Part shown: positions 1 through 11,743 of the stretch, piece after piece
Position numbering within the stretch: position 1 is the first letter of the stretch
Layout: each line of letters opens with the position of its first letter
Assembly: GCA_965240325.2 (NCBI GenBank)
Contig: OZ251236.1
Span: 310,001 to 374,000, forward strand
DNA length: 64,000 nt
Source of the DNA: Rebecca billardiae RCC1528
Taxonomy: Eukaryota > Protista > Haptophyta
Direction of reading: 5' to 3'
Translations under genes and position numbers: made by a program
The notes under the pieces: model-generated
Told to the model about the DNA's origin: nothing
The model's database searches: none
The model's input: only the letters and a program-made list of their open reading frames with translations

Positions 1-725
1 CACGGCCACGAGCGAATGTGGAAAGCAGACGCGAACCCGCAAAGGATACATTGCGACAGCACTGGCACGGCCCGCCGACCCCCCCGCCCGCCAGGGCACA
101 GTTTACTATTCTCTCGGGCCGCACGTCGGCCACCAGGCAGTAGGCACCACGCGCCCTAGCTTGACCACGCGGCCCCTTGGGCAATGGGCGGCCTGCGGGC
201 GCGGACGCGGGCGGAACGAAACCTCAACGCGACAACTGGTGCTGCCGTGATACCGGCATGCAATATGCATGACGCGGGTTGCGTCTGCCGGGCCTTATGG
301 CAATAATTTAAGTTACCTGATGAGCGCGGCGCGTGTCGCCTATGCAATATCACGACAGCAAGTTGAGCGCGGCGCGTGCGTCGTCGCGTGCGCCGGTACC
401 TTATATTGCGTGCCCTTGGGAAGGGCCGCCTTGTCCCCATGTCCGAACTATGCAAGGGCCGTACCACTAATTAGTCATCAGTTTTTTGGGGTGTGAGTAG
501 GCCGGGGTGAGGGGGGTCTACCAATCAGCCCTTGGTACTGACCCCTGCATGGCCACAAGGCGCCACAACCCTTGGTACTACGTTACCCCTGGCCATAGCT
601 AAAGTAGTGCTGATGAAGTTTGGCTCGCGGGTGCGGCCCTTGGCTCGGGTTCACGCGAGAGTGTGGGCAGCCGCAAGCACCCCGCCCCCCGCCCCTGCCA
701 GCTTACGGTTCCCAGCAGCGCCGTC

Positions 726-3700
726 ATGCTTTTGACGTGCGCGGCCGCGACGTGGCTGCTTCTCCCCGCCGCCGTGGCGGGTGCTGGCCCCGCGCACGCA
801 GCATCGGTGCTGGCATCGCCAGCTGGCCGGAGTCCGATCGATGCGGCTCGCACGCCGGCAGGCCCGACATCCACCTCCAAGTGCGCGCGCTTTGCGGGCG
901 GCGGTGCGAGCAGCGTGTCACGTGTGCCACGGCGCATCTGCCTGACGGTCGTCTGGCGGGTGGGGAGGGGGGCGCGCGGCGAGGCGGGTGTGGCTCGGCG
1001 CACTTGGGGCCCACGACGCGCCTTAGCGCATTGTCCCTCCTGGCCGCACAGGGCGTCGGCCGGGCCTGCGCAGCAGTCGGGTTGCCATTGCTGCCCAGCC
1101 CACGGCCGCGCCCCCAAGGACGCGGCGCGCGCGTGCGGGCGCCTGCAGCGCGCATCCATGGTGCCAGCCGAGCACGGGGCGGCAGACCCGAGCGCGCCCC
1201 TGCGGCAACACCAACGACGGTAACTCACGACTGTCCCCCTCCCCCCCGCCCGCCGTCGCCCGGCGTGCGCGCGCGCGCGCGCTGCAGGAACCAGCGTCGG
1301 CTGGGGACGTACATCGGCAAGGGCGGGCCGGATGTTCTGGCTGCACCAGACGCCAGGCCCGCCCTGCTGCCGACCGCGCTCGACGGCTACAAGGCCATCC
1401 GCTACCACTACGTTGGCGGCGACAAGGGCGACGACACGCTTGACGGCGGCAGCGCCGGCACGGCCGCCTTCTACGGCGACGGCCTGGACGTCGTGAACGC
1501 CGTGTACGGCGGTGGCGGCGACGACGTGATCAACGACGATGGCGCGTCGTCGGCGGGCGCCGGCCTCCTGCTCGGCACGGGCGGCAGCGTGCTCAACGTC
1601 GTGCGCGGCCAGTCGGGTGACGACACCATCAACACCGACCGTGGCGGCTCCGCTGGCGTCGGCATCGGCGGCACGGGTGGCGATGCTGTCAACATCGTGT
1701 TCGGCGGGCGCGGCGACGACGACGTCAACTACAATGGTGGTGGCGACGCTGGCGATGCGCAGCTCCACGGCCAAGGTGGCAACGCGCTCAACGTGCTTCT
1801 CGGGCGGCAGGGCGACGACGACCTCAACGACGACGGCGGCAAGGCCGGCGACGCCACCTGGAACTCGGCCGGCGGCAGCGCCGTGAACATTGTGGCCGGC
1901 GGCGCCGGATCCGACACGATCCAGTACGACGGCGGCGACGCGGGTGACGGTGCGCAGGGCGGCACGGGCGGCAACGTGCTCAACATCCTCTCCGGCGGCC
2001 AGGGCGACGACGAGATCAACGAGTATGGCGGCGACGCGGGCGACGCGTACTCCCTCGGCACCGGCGGCAACGCGATCAACCTCATCTCCGGCGGCGACGG
2101 CGACGACGAGATCAACGCCTATGGGGGCGACGCCGGCGGTGGCAAGAATGTTGGCAACGCGGGCGGCAGCGTGCTGAACGTCGTGCTCGGCGGCGCTGGT
2201 CGCGACGGCCTGAACTACCGCGGAGGCCAGGCCGGCGTCGGCGAGGCGCTCGGGGTCGGCGGCGACGCGACCAACGTGCTGGTCTCAGGCCTCGGGGACG
2301 ACAACATCAACGAGTACGGTGGGAACGCCGGCAGCGGCGCAAACTTTGGGCGCGGCGGCCACGTGCGCAATGTTGCGCTCGGCGGCGACGGCGACGACAA
2401 CATCAACTACTACGGTGGCAACGCGGGCTCCGGCAAGAACGTCGGCGTCGGCGGCAGCACCTTCAACGTGCTCGACGGCGGCACCGGCGACGACCAGATT
2501 AACAAGTACGGAGGGGATGCCGGCACAGGCTCCTACCTCGGCTTCGGCGGCGACGCCGTCAATCTCATCAACGGGCTCACGGGCGACGACACGATCGCGT
2601 ATTACGGAGGGAACGCCGGGGCCGGCAGCTACGGCGGCAGGGGCGGCAGCGTGACCAACGTGCTCAACGGCGGCGCTGGCGACGACAACATCGGAGTCGG
2701 CGCTGGCGACGCCGGTGACGGCTACATGGTTGGCGTCGGCGGCGACGCCCTCAACGTGGTCAACGGCGGCGCCGGCGACGACACCATCTTCAAGTACGGC
2801 GGCGACGCGGGTGACGGGTACGACGCCGGCAAGGGCGGCAGCGTGACCAACGTGCTCAACGGCGGCGCCGGCGACGACAACATTGGCTATGCGGGTGGCG
2901 ACGCGGGTGACGGGTACGACGCCGGCAAGGGCGGCAGCGTGACCAACGTGATCAACGGCGGCGCCGGCGACGACAACATTGGCTATGCGGGTGGCGACGC
3001 GGGTGACGGGTACGACACCGGCAAGGGCGGCAGCGCCGTCAACGTGATCAACGGCGGCGCCGGCGACGACACCATCTTCAAGTACGGCGGCGACGCGGGT
3101 GACGGGTACGACGCCGGCAAGGGCGGCAGCGTGACCAACGTGATCAACGGCGGCGCCGGCGACGACAACATTGGCTATGCGGGTGGCGACGCGGGTATTG
3201 GGCGGAGTGTTGGCGTCGGCGGCAGCGTGACCAACGTGATCAACGGCGGCGCCGACGACGACACCATCTCTGAGTCCGGCGGCGGCGCGGGTGACGGGTA
3301 CGACACCGGCAAGGGCGGCAGCGCCGTCAACGTGGTCAACGGCGGCGCCGGCGACGACAACATCGGCTTTGCGGGTGGCGGCGCGGGTGACGGGTGGAGT
3401 GCTGGCGTCGGCGGCGACGCCGTCAACGTGATCAACGGCGGCGCCGGCGACGACACCATCATTGAGTCCGCCGGCGGCGACGCGGGTGAGGGGTGGAGTG
3501 TTGGCGTCGGCGGCAGCGCGACCAACGTGATCAACGGCGGCGCCGGCGACGACACCATCGGCCGTTACGGTGGCGACGCTGGTGACGCGTGGGATGCTGG
3601 CGTCGGCGGCGACGTCGTCAACGTGATCAACGGCGGCGCCGGCGACGACACCATCTTTCAGTTCGGCGGCGACGCGGGTCAGGGGTGGAGTGTTGGCGTC

Positions 3701-6206
3701 GGCGGCAGCGCGACCAACGTGATCAACGGCGGCGCCGGCGACGACACCATCGGCCGTTACGGTGGCAAAGCTGGTGGCGGGTGGAGTGATGGCGTCGGCG
3801 GCGACGTCGTCAACGTGATCAACGGCGGCGCCGGCGACGACGACATCGGCTTTAACGGTGGCACCGCGGGTGGCGGGTGGGACACCGGCACTGGTGGCAG
3901 CGCCACCACCGTGGTCAATGCAGGCGACGGCGACGACGTAATCCTCAAGCGCGGCGGCCTTGCGGGCAACGGCTATCAATTGGGCATCGGCGGCTCCGCC
4001 ACCAACGTGGTCAACGCCGGCGACGGCGGCGACGATGTGCTGGACAGAGGCGGCCGAGCGGGCGCCGGCTGGGATTCTGGCGTCGGCGGCGCAGTCACCA
4101 ACGTGGTCAATGCCGGCGCTGGCGACGACGAGGTGCTGTCGGCCTCTAGCGACGGCAAGGGAGGTGATGGCTACGGCACTGGCGTCGGCGGCAGCGCCGT
4201 GAGCGTGGTCAACGGCGGCGGCGGCGACGACCAAGTGTTCGCTAGCGGCGGCGGTGGAGGAGGTGGCGGCTGGGACACGGGCGTCGGCGGCAGCGTCGTC
4301 AACGTGGTCAACGGCGGCGACGGCGACGACAAGGTGCTCACTGGCGGCGGCGGTGGAGCAGGCAGTGGCTGGGACACGGGCATCGGCGGCTCCGTCCTCA
4401 ACGTGGTCAACGGCGGCAGCGGCGCGGACGAGATCCTGGACTCCGGCGGCTACGGCGGCGATGGCCGTGATGCGCGCTCCTTCGGCGGCCACGCCATCAA
4501 CCTCGTCCACGGCGGCAGCGAGATCGACAACATCCTCTACCAAGGCGGCTTCGGCGGCTACGGCCGGGACCGCGGCATCGGCGGCTCGGTGCTCAACGTC
4601 GTGCAGGGCGGCCGGGGCAACGACAAGGTCCTGTACGAGGGCGGCTACGCAGGCTACGGGTACGAGGGCGGTAACGGCGGCACTGTGATCAACCTGGTCA
4701 GCGGCTACACCGGCGACGACAAGCTCATCTACGGAGGTGGCAGGGCTGGCAATGGCTATGACGGTGGCGTCGGCGGGACGGCGATCAACCTGATCAGCGG
4801 CGGCGTCGGCGCCGACGACATTGGCTACGCGGGCGGCATCGCCGGATACGGCTCCAACGGTGGCGACGGCGGCACGGCAATCAGCCTGGTGACCGGAGGC
4901 GCTGGCGACGACTCGATCTTCGCGTACGGCGGCAACGGTGGGGATGCCACCGGGGGCATGATCGGCACGCGGGCCACGAGTGGCGGCGACGCCATCAACT
5001 TCCTCTTCGGCGGCTCCGGGGAGGACATCATCCTCTACAGCGGCGGCAAGGGTGGCGACGCGGCGCCACGCGCCACCGGCGGCGACGCCGTGAACATTGT
5101 CGTCGGCGGCAGCGGCGACGACGAAGTCGCCGCGGGCGGTGGCGGCTCTGCTGGCGCGGGCTCCTACTGGGGCACAGGAGGCGGCTATGGCGGCAACACG
5201 CTCAACGTCCACCTCGGCGGCGCCGGCGACGACACGCTGCACGGCGGCCACGGCGGGAACGACGCGGGCGGCACGGCCGGCGCTGCGCGCAACTGGCTCT
5301 TCGGCGGTCTCGGCGCGGACAAGCTCTACGGCGGCGACGACAACGACGGTGGCGCCATCAGCCGCCTCTTTGGTGCGCGCGGCGGGGCGCGATGCGCGCC
5401 GCGCCTCGCGCTGCGCCTCGCCTCGCCGCAGGTCGCGCCGCGGCGCGCGCGGCTGGCGCGCCGCCGCACCGCACGCGCGCGCTCACGCGCCCGCGCGCGC
5501 TGCCGACGACGGCGCATGCGCGCCACGCAGGCGGCCTGGGCGACGACAAGATCTACGGCGGCTCGGGCTTCGACTTCGTCTCGGGCGGCCTCGGCGCCGA
5601 CTACGTGAACACGCAGGACGGCGAGTACGACATCATCTGGCACGACGGCAAGGACACGCTCGTGTACGATGAGGGCATCGACTACGTCTTCTGCAACTAC
5701 CGCTGCCAGGTCGCCAAGGTCGCCGCGCTCTTCCCGGTGCGCGCAGCGACGCGCAGCGCACGCCGTGCGCGTGCGAGCTGTGCGTCTCAGCGCGAGCGGC
5801 CCGCGCGCTCGGCGACCGCTCACCCTCCCTCCGCCCGCGTGCCCTGCTCGCGTGGTCTCGTCGCGCGCAGACCTCGCCGCAGGGGGTCGCCTTCCGCGCC
5901 GTCGCCACCGACGTCGCCGACAAGATCAACCGCCGCATCAGCAGCGTGCGCCAGGCCTACACCTTCCTCGCGCCCTGCCTCACGGGCGGCGAGTGCCTCA
6001 CCAGCGACGAGGGCTTTGGCGTCATCCATGGCGCCCGGCGTGCCCTGCGTGCCGTCGGCGGCGTGCGCTCGCCGCTCGCCGCCGCGGCGCTCCTGGGCGT
6101 GGGCATGCTCTTGGTGGCGGCCGCCATGCTCACGGCCGTCCGCCGCCGCCGTCATGCTGCGGAGCGCACGGCCGCCACCGAGAACGCGGCTGCGCAGGCC
6201 GTCTGA
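726..6206 (+). CDS. Secreted, C-terminally membrane-anchored glycine-rich RTX-like (haemolysin-type Ca2+-binding) repeat protein, about 1,649 aa; exons 726-880, 1052-1219, 1288-5372, 5531-5736, 5871-6206
   Basis: N-terminal hydrophobic signal MLLTCAAATWLLLPAAVAG. More than 40 units of about 32 aa, each carrying GGxGDDxI/L. GT..CAG introns join the track ORFs 663, 620, 5392 and 5946 in frame (4,950 nt total). TM segment LAAAALLGVGMLLVAAAMLTAV is followed by RRRR. Intron 1 is frame-neutral and so less certain. Confidence 0.85.
2640..3870 (+). repeat. Near-identical tandem units of about 96 bp in the core of the RTX gene
   Basis: Recurrent AACGTGATCAACGGCGGCGCCGGCGACGAC at roughly 96-bp spacing. 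Confidence 0.85.
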
Positions 6207-6767
6207 GCAGGCGGCCTGCGTGTTGGCGCCTACGTGCCGGACGACCGGCTGCACACACACACGGCGATGACGCAGTGCTCATCAGCAGCGACGCCCCCTT
6301 CTTCCCCTATCCACATTCCCATCATCTCGACGATATGATGTAACGTGCACTTTCCTGCATATCCAGCAGCGACCGGCCTCAATCACCGCCGCGCCGGGCG
6401 ACCCAGGTCGAGGCGGTGCTCCGTCCAGGCCCTGCTCTCGAGCCCGTGCGCGCCCGCCAGGCGGCCGCGCACGGGCTGCTGACTGACTCAGCTGAGGGGC
6501 CGCTGGGCCGCGCACTGCCGCCCGCGCTCGGACTCCTGGTCAGAAGCGGCGCGGCCGCGTAGTCCGTACCGCGCCTACACTGACGGCCCACCAGTCTGTG
6601 TCTGACTGTTGCCGCACTCAGCCTGCAGATGACGAGTCACGGTGCGTTGCTTGCCCGCCATATTATTCTCGATCCGGACTCCGGTCACAGTGGCGCCTGG
6701 CGGTCATCGCGTCCTGATCGACATGTATATATGTATCACGTCGCCAGTCAGCATGATGCGTGCGCGC

Positions 6768-6820
6768 ATATATTATAATAATATATATATATTATAGCAT
6801 ATATATATATATATATATAT
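6768..6820. repeat. (AT)n microsatellite
   Basis: Interrupted ATAT run, directly visible. Confidence 0.9.
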
Positions 6821-6898
6821 CGATCGTCAGCAAGTAAGGCGCGCGGAGCGGGGCCCGCACTGCTCTCAACTGGCTCTCGCAACGCGAACACTCGCATA

Positions 6899-8355
6899 TC
6901 AGAATCTCGGCAGCAGAACCTCAGATATCAGCCGAAGCAGCGCGCGGCTTGGACGCAGGACGCCGCGCCCGTTGTAGTTGCGCGGGGCCCCGCAAGGCGG
7001 CAGCGAGCGCGCGCGCGCGGCCGCGAAGGGCGTCGCCAGCACGCGCGCGGCCATGCGCCGCGCCAGCTCGAGCATTGAAGCCGCGAGGCCAGCTAACAAG
7101 CTGCCACCGCCGCCGCCGCCGCGCAACGCTGCCGCGCGCTCGGCAGCCTCGGCCGCGCGCTGTGCCGCGAGCAGCGCCGCTCCTGACCAGCCGGCGCTAC
7201 TCCTGTGCGGGCAGATGCAGCTGGCAGGACGGCTCGGGCAGCCTCCCGAACGCGGGGGAGACGCCGGGCGGCTCGAACGCGATGCGGCACCTCGGGGGGG
7301 CGCCGCGGCAGCCTGCAGGGAGGCGCCAGCGAGCGGGCGCGACGGCGCCGCCATGCGATTTGGTTCGACCCGTCGTCGTCCCGAGCGCGCGCGCTGCCAG
7401 GCCGGAGGCCAGAGCCCCCCGCGTGCTGCCGCGCCTCGGCGGGCCCGACGCGCCTGGGCTGCGGGCACCGGCTACTCCGCTCGGCAGCAAGGGCCAGGTT
7501 GAGACTCGCCTACCACTGCTCCGGCTCCGAGCGCCGCACCGCGCCGAGTTTTTGGGCACCTCACCGCACGCGACCGCACACGGCCGCGCAGCTGAATAAT
7601 TGGATTATTAATTGCTCCTCCGCGCAGCCCAACGCCGCGGCGCGGCGCACGGCGGAGCGCGGCCCGTCCGCGCCCACGAGCAGTTCGAAGCGCACGGCGC
7701 GCAGGGCGGCGGGCTCGGAGCCGGGGGCGGGCGGCGCGTCTGGCGCAGAGGCGGCGCGCGGCGCGTCAGCGGATGGCCGCGGCCTCGGAGACGGTGCACG
7801 CGCGCGCCAGCAGCTCGGCGCGCTCTCCGGATGCTGCCCCGGACCACGCCGCCTCCTCGTCGTCCGGTCGTGCAGGCGCGGGGGCGACCACGCGGCCACG
7901 GCGGCCGCGCCACCGCCCGTCCCGCGCCCCCACCGCTGGCGCAGCGCACCAGCTGACCCACATGCGCGCACACGCGCACGACGCGCACGCCGACGCGTCG
8001 GGCGGAGCCCGGCCGGTGCGCTGCCTCCGCCATCGGGCCCATGACGCGCCGACAGCATGGCGGCGTGGGGCTCAAGCGCTGCGCAGGGAGTATCGCACGC
8101 GCAGCACCGCGCGCCCTCCGCGCCGACCACGTGCGCGAGCACCTCGGCGCGCGACGCGCCTCGCGCGAGCGCGCCGAGCGCCGGCCGCAACGCGGCGCTG
8201 ATAGCGGCGGGCTCCTCCGGCCAGGCGCGGCGGAGGCGGTCGAGCGTGGTAGGTACGGAGGGGCACGCGTACCGGCGGGCCCGCACGCGCGCCGCGCACG
8301 CCGCGAATGCCGCGGCGAACGCGGGCCACACAGTGCCCACCGCCTTCACAGCCAT
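6899..8355 (-). pseudogene. Possible degraded FAD-dependent monooxygenase-like gene
   Basis: Motif VRFELLVGADGPRSAVRR (the DG motif of flavin monooxygenases) near 7640-7700. No intact GxGxxG or GD motif, and coding-like segments fall in different frames. Confidence 0.3.
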
Positions 8356-8454
8356 CGTGCAGAGCGCAGTGCGCGGCCTGCTGGTGCAGTCGCGCGTCGC
8401 GCGAAGCACGCCGCCACGCCGAGAGGCTGCTCACGGGAAGGACCCCGTGTCACG

Positions 8455-9170
8455 ATGATCGCGCTCGTGTGCGTCGCTCTCGCGCCCGGCGCACTCGTGA
8501 CGCCCGGCGCGCCGGCGCTGGCGATACGCCGCGCGCCGCGTGCGGCCGTGCGCATGGAGGGCGGGCGCGACGCCCAAGAGCCTCTCTTCAAGCTCTTCAT
8601 GAAGCGCGAGGGCATCGTGGCAGAGTCGCTCGACCTGTCGGCTTTCGGGCTGACGCGCGGCACGCGCGCGCTCGAGGACATCGCGCTGGGAGACGTGCTG
8701 GTCAAGCTGCCACGCGCCGGGGCGATGGACCTGGGCGCCCTGCGTCAGGTGCCCGTGCCGGACTCCCTCGTCTCCGCCGACTGCTGGCGCTCGCTCCCGT
8801 GGTTTGCCCAGCTCGGCCTGTGGGTCCTTTCTGAGCAGGCCAGGGGCTCCGAGTCAAAGTGGGCGGCGTACGTCGACCTGCTCCCGCTGGAGGGCAAGGC
8901 GCTGGACACGCCGTACCGCTGGACCGACGCTGAGCTCCGCGCCCTCGCCTACCCGCTCATCCCCGCGTCGGTTGGCGAGCAGCGCGAGCTGATGAGCGCC
9001 ATGCATGCCGCCATTGTCAACTCGGCGCCACAGTCGCGCGTGACGGTGGAGGCGCTGGCGTGCGCGTGCGAGTCGGTGCTGTCCCGCGCGTTCCCGACGG
9101 GCGAGCTGCTCGAGCGCGCGGGCGGCGGCGGCGCCGCCGCCGGGCCGCTCGCTGGCCTGATGGGCGCGCT

Positions 9171-9201
<31 letters not shown>

Positions 9202-9933
9202 CCCGGAGCCGCGCTCGTAGCCAGGGAGAATTCCTACGCCCTTTTCCCTGCGATTGACGCGATTAATCACCGCTCGGGCGCCAAGACGCTCTTCTCGTAC
9301 GACGAGCGCGAGGCGACGATCGTGCTGCGCTGCGGCGAGGCCTTCAAGCGCGGCGAGCAGGTCTTCATCGAGTACGGCCAGAAGTCGAACGACGAGCTGC
9401 TGCTGCTGTACGGATTCGTCGAGGCCGATAATCCTTTTGATTCTTATTCGACCGCGGGCATTGTGGAGTGGGCGCGCGCCGAGTACGCGCCCGTGCGCGC
9501 GATGCCCCCGGCCGAGTGGGAGGCGCGGCTCGAGGCGCTGCGCGCCGCGGGCCTCGACGGCGCGGCCGACGCGGGGAGCGTGGGCGCGACCGGCGCGTCG
9601 GTGGAGGTGCTGGCGGCCATGCGCTGCCTGCTCGACAGCGGCGGCGCGGCGCGCGCGAGCGCCGAGGGCGCGGCGGCAGCCTACGCCGCCGCGCCTGTGG
9701 CGCACGAGCCGGCCGTCCTCTCGGCGCTCACGGCCTTCTGCCGCATGCGCGCGCGGGAGCTGCCCACGCGCAAGGCGCTCCGCGACGCGTGCGCGGGCTC
9801 GAGCGCCTCGCGCGTGCAGACGATCGGCGCGTTCGTCAACGCGAAGCGCACGACGCTGCGCGGCGCCGAGTCGACTCTGAAGCGTGCGCTCGACGCGGCG
9901 CGCGCGCGACCCGCCCGGGCCGCTGCGGCCTAG
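8455..9933 (+). CDS. Plastid-targeted SET-domain lysine methyltransferase (Rubisco LSMT/SETD3-like)
   Basis: Signal plus transit peptide MIALVCVALAPGA...RRAPRAAVRM. Motifs RGTRALEDI, SKWAAYVDLLP, VLSRAF, LFPAIDAINH, GEQVFIEYGQKSNDELLLLYGFV. Confidence 0.9.
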
Positions 9934-10164
9934 AGCTTATATAATATCTATCGCGCGGTACACGTACGACGACGCGACGATCGTTCTTTATACCTAACCC
10001 GCGGAGCCCCGGGTCAGCAGTATTGATATTTGATGAGTATATACGACGCATGTCAGAGTCGCAGTGCCAGTCGTCATCACTCATCCCGCATCCGAGCACT
10101 CCGCCTCCGGAGACCGGAAACGACAGTCCGGTCACTGAGGCATTAATATCATATATCATAATCA

Positions 10165-10170
<6 letters not shown>

Positions 10171-10205
<35 letters not shown>
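10171..10205. repeat. (AT)n microsatellite between convergent genes
   Basis: Directly visible. Confidence 0.9.
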
Positions 10206-10207
<2 letters not shown>

Positions 10208-10274
10208 ATATAATTGTCTCTCTCTCGATACATACTACAGATGTATATATATTCGTCGGAGGCGCTCCGCGTCG

Positions 10275-11300
10275 TTAACGTCTTCGGTCGCGGCCGCCGC
10301 GGTGCCCATCAGGGTCCTCGCCGCGGGGCGGGCGGTCGCCGCGGTCGCCCCCGCCACGATCGCCGTCAGGTCGCGGAGGGCGCTGATCACGGTCCTCGTC
10401 GTCGCCTGAGCCCGCGCCACCCTCGTCGCAGGAGTGCAGCTCGAGCTCCTCGTCGCAGCCACCACCCTCGCAGCTCGTCTCGCCTGTCGCGCCAGCCTGC
10501 AGGCAGCCCCCGCCTGGGCACCGCGCGTTGCGCGCGAGCCGCTGGTCGCAGCCGCCGCCCGGGCAGTCTGCCAGCACGCGCGCGCACACCTGCACGCACT
10601 CGCCGCCGGCACAGTGCGCCTCCTGCGTGTTGCGCTGCTCGCAGCTGCCGCCCGCGCAGTACGCCACGCCCGCGTCGCGCTGGTTGCAGTACCCAGCCGC
10701 GCAATCCGCGCGCGCCGCGCCCACCTGGTAGCAGCCTCCGCCGCCGCACGAGGGCTGCTGGCAGTGTGACTGGTCGCAGTCGCCATCGCCGCAGCGGCAG
10801 CTGCGGTGCATGTGCCGCCCACTCTTGGGCCAGCGGTCGTGGCGCCGATCCCCGTCGTCCGCGGCCGCCGCGATGATGATCACGAGCACGAGCAGCACGC
10901 AGCACGCGGCACACTTCCACTTGCGCGACAGCGGCGGCTTCGGGCAGTGCTCTTCGAGCATGCTCTCGCGCGCGGTCTGCCGCCGTCGGCCGGCCATGCG
11001 TGCGTGCAAGGGCTCGTGCGGCGATACGCTCGGGCCGTCTATGACGTAGCTCGACATCGTCGACGGTGCCGCCGGCGGAGCTGAGGGCTGCGGCGGAGGC
11101 GAAGACTCGAGCGGCGGCGTCGCAGTGGGCGCGGGCCCGGAGGCAGCACTCGCGGCGTGGTCGTCGAGGTAGAACTGGATCTGCTGCCCGGGGCCTTGCT
11201 CGGGCGGGCACGTCAGCACGACCTTCGTGCCGCCGACATCGACAGCGAAGAAGCCGCCCGGCTTCGTGCCGTCGGGGATTTTGACCTCGAAGTACGGCAT
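10275..11300 (-). CDS. Single-pass membrane protein with an N-terminal V-x-I-P-x-G-x-x-P-G domain and Cys-rich CxGGxCxQ repeats
   Basis: ATG at 11300 (MPYFEVKIPDGTKPGG). TM CAACCVLLVLVIIIAAAA, then about 8 repeats of 15-16 aa and an acidic/Arg-rich tail. Confidence 0.8.
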   Translation of the reverse strand: MPYFEVKIPDGTKPGGFFAVDVGGTKVVLTCPPEQGPGQQIQFYLDDHAASAASGPAPTATPPLESSPPPQPSAPPAAPSTMSSYVIDGPSVSPHEPLHARMAGRRRQTARESMLEEHCPKPPLSRKWKCAACCVLLVLVIIIAAAADDGDRRHDRWPKSGRHMHRSCRCGDGDCDQSHCQQPSCGGGGCYQVGAARADCAAGYCNQRDAGVAYCAGGSCEQRNTQEAHCAGGECVQVCARVLADCPGGGCDQRLARNARCPGGGCLQAGATGETSCEGGGCDEELELHSCDEGGAGSGDDEDRDQRPPRPDGDRGGGDRGDRPPRGEDPDGHRGGRDRRR

Positions 11301-11743
11301 GCGGGTGGTGGTTGCGCTCGCTCGCCTGCCCGGTGGTGAGCGGGTGAGCAGCAAAGGCAAAGGCAAGGTTCACGGAAACTGCGCGCGTGCTGCGAGCCGG
11401 GACTCGAACAGACAGGACTGATGATGAGATGATGAGCTTCCGGAACCACTCCCGACTCCCGCCACATTACACAGCACACTTGACTGCCGTGACTGTCAGC
11501 CCGGTAGCTATCTGTATTACTTAGCAGAGCTCATACTAGCCAAGCTAGGCGTCGTAGCTAATTTCATCTATACTGCGCTATACATTTCGTCCACGCCATC
11601 ACCGCTCGAGCCAGCCAGCTTGTATTGATTATATTTGATGTGGCGCCGACCGGTGGCGATGCCGGGCCGCAGCACCGAATCAGCCGACTGCCGAGTTGAG
11701 AATACTGAGATGCGACGACGACGATGCTGATGACACCACGCCG

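Noticed and set aside
453-534. CAAGGGC...GCCCTTG as an 82-bp mini-transposon
   Set aside because: Only a 7-bp inverted match and no flanking TSD.
2640-3870. Regularly spaced repeats resembling a CRISPR array
   Set aside because: They are in-frame coding repeats with related, non-unique spacers; no cas genes; eukaryotic context.
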